Source: Bdellovibrionota bacterium (GTDB lineage Bacteria > Bdellovibrionota_C > UBA2361). Taken from it: DNA of 35,077 bases. The position numbers and the translations under genes were made by a program. The notes under the pieces are model-generated. The model was not told the origin of the DNA. It did no database searches and worked only from the letters and a program-made list of their open reading frames with translations. This document shows positions 34,287 to 35,077 of the stretch, one piece after another. Numbering within the stretch: the stretch's first letter is position 1; every line of letters starts with the position of its first letter. The DNA lies in NCBI GenBank assembly GCA_044352465.1, contig JBILDU010000023.1:1-35077 (forward strand), given 5' to 3'.

Positions 34287-35077
34287 ATGAGTGTAGAAAA
34301 ACGTCTCTCCAGGTGGTGCGCCGCGGGACTCATTACCGCCGAACAGACTGAACGGATCCGGATGTGGGAGCGAGAACAACCCTCCGCCGCCTGGGTCCTC
34401 TATGGGCTCGCAGGACTCGGTATCACTGTTCTCCTAACGGGAGTCATCAGTATCGTTGCCGCAAACTGGGACGACATTGCGCCTGCAACGAAGCTGAGCA
34501 TCTATTTTCTCTCCTTGGGTCTTCTCGGTTGGGGAGTGGTGCAGCGCAACGGCACCCCTGGCGTCGTTCGGGAATCGCTTCTCGTCGGGTTCTCCCTTTA
34601 TATACTCGCCGGGATCGGCTTAATCGGGCAGATCTATCACCTTACCAGCAACGGCTATGAGGGACTCTTCCTCTGGCTTGGATGCACGCTGCCCGCGACC
34701 CTCCTCGCTCAAAGGAGACTGCTCAACAGCCTATGGTGCGGCGGGCTTACCCTGGCGGTGTGGCTGTGGAGCCTCGCGCCTATTCATGCGCAGCCTGAAA
34801 TAACCTTTGCATTCGGCTCCCTTCCCTGGCTCTTTCTCGTCGTTGGCTACCTCCTCTGGTCAACCCGGGAGGACTTTGCCAGCACGGCCCGACTCTGGGG
34901 GTTCGGGTTGCTCCTTGTAGGGCTTGCTCCGTTCGCGAATATCGCCTGGTCAGGCGGTCAGCTGTGGCCACACCCGAGCGAGATGGGTCTTGAGAAATGG
35001 CTGCCCGTGGTGAGCTTTTGCGCGGCGCTGGGAGCCGTTCTTCTCATGCGGAACACCCTCGGCCGCGCTTTGTCACG
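34287..35077 (+). CDS. DUF2157-family membrane protein (3' truncated by window end)
   Basis: Not in the ORF track (no stop); I translated it from ATG 34287: MSVEKRLSRWCAAGLITAEQ...GVISIVAANWDDI...LAGIGLIGQIYHL, open to the window end. Confidence 0.88.
   Translation, partial: MSVEKRLSRWCAAGLITAEQTERIRMWEREQPSAAWVLYGLAGLGITVLLTGVISIVAANWDDIAPATKLSIYFLSLGLLGWGVVQRNGTPGVVRESLLVGFSLYILAGIGLIGQIYHLTSNGYEGLFLWLGCTLPATLLAQRRLLNSLWCGGLTLAVWLWSLAPIHAQPEITFAFGSLPWLFLVVGYLLWSTREDFASTARLWGFGLLLVGLAPFANIAWSGGQLWPHPSEMGLEKWLPVVSFCAALGAVLLMRNTLGRALS

Overview
Gene-dense, GC-rich (~60% by eye) bacterial chromosomal window, most similar to a deltaproteobacterial/Bdellovibrionota-type organism (inferred from the Geobacter-type PutA halves, the GspL-M-N organisation and the DUF4390-NtrY pair). 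It holds about 30 CDS, mostly housekeeping: GspL/M/N-like secretion proteins, fbp, an NtrY-like kinase with DUF4390, ruvB, ruvA, PBP1B, DegP/Do, map, an EVE protein, methylcrotonyl-CoA carboxylase beta/alpha, proline dehydrogenase plus P5C dehydrogenase, mgtE, a GAF hybrid kinase with an HDOD-GAF protein, DedA, HiPIP, Fpr, TrmL and a truncated DUF2157 protein. I saw no tRNA, rRNA, CRISPR array, integrase or transposase. The most notable observations are: (1) a PutA cleanly split at its inter-domain linker into two in-frame genes that keep PutA-specific parts; (2) a 120-aa winged-helix protein resembling eukaryotic Z-alpha (Z-DNA/Z-RNA-binding) domains, with an in-frame 5x15-bp repeat; (3) two near-consensus sigma-28 promoters, one before the kinase-HDOD pair and one before an uncharacterised 129-aa protein; (4) an Fpr-HiPIP-small membrane protein run; (5) recurrent unrelated 12-17 bp tandem duplications. 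All family assignments come from motif recognition by eye; no database search was run.
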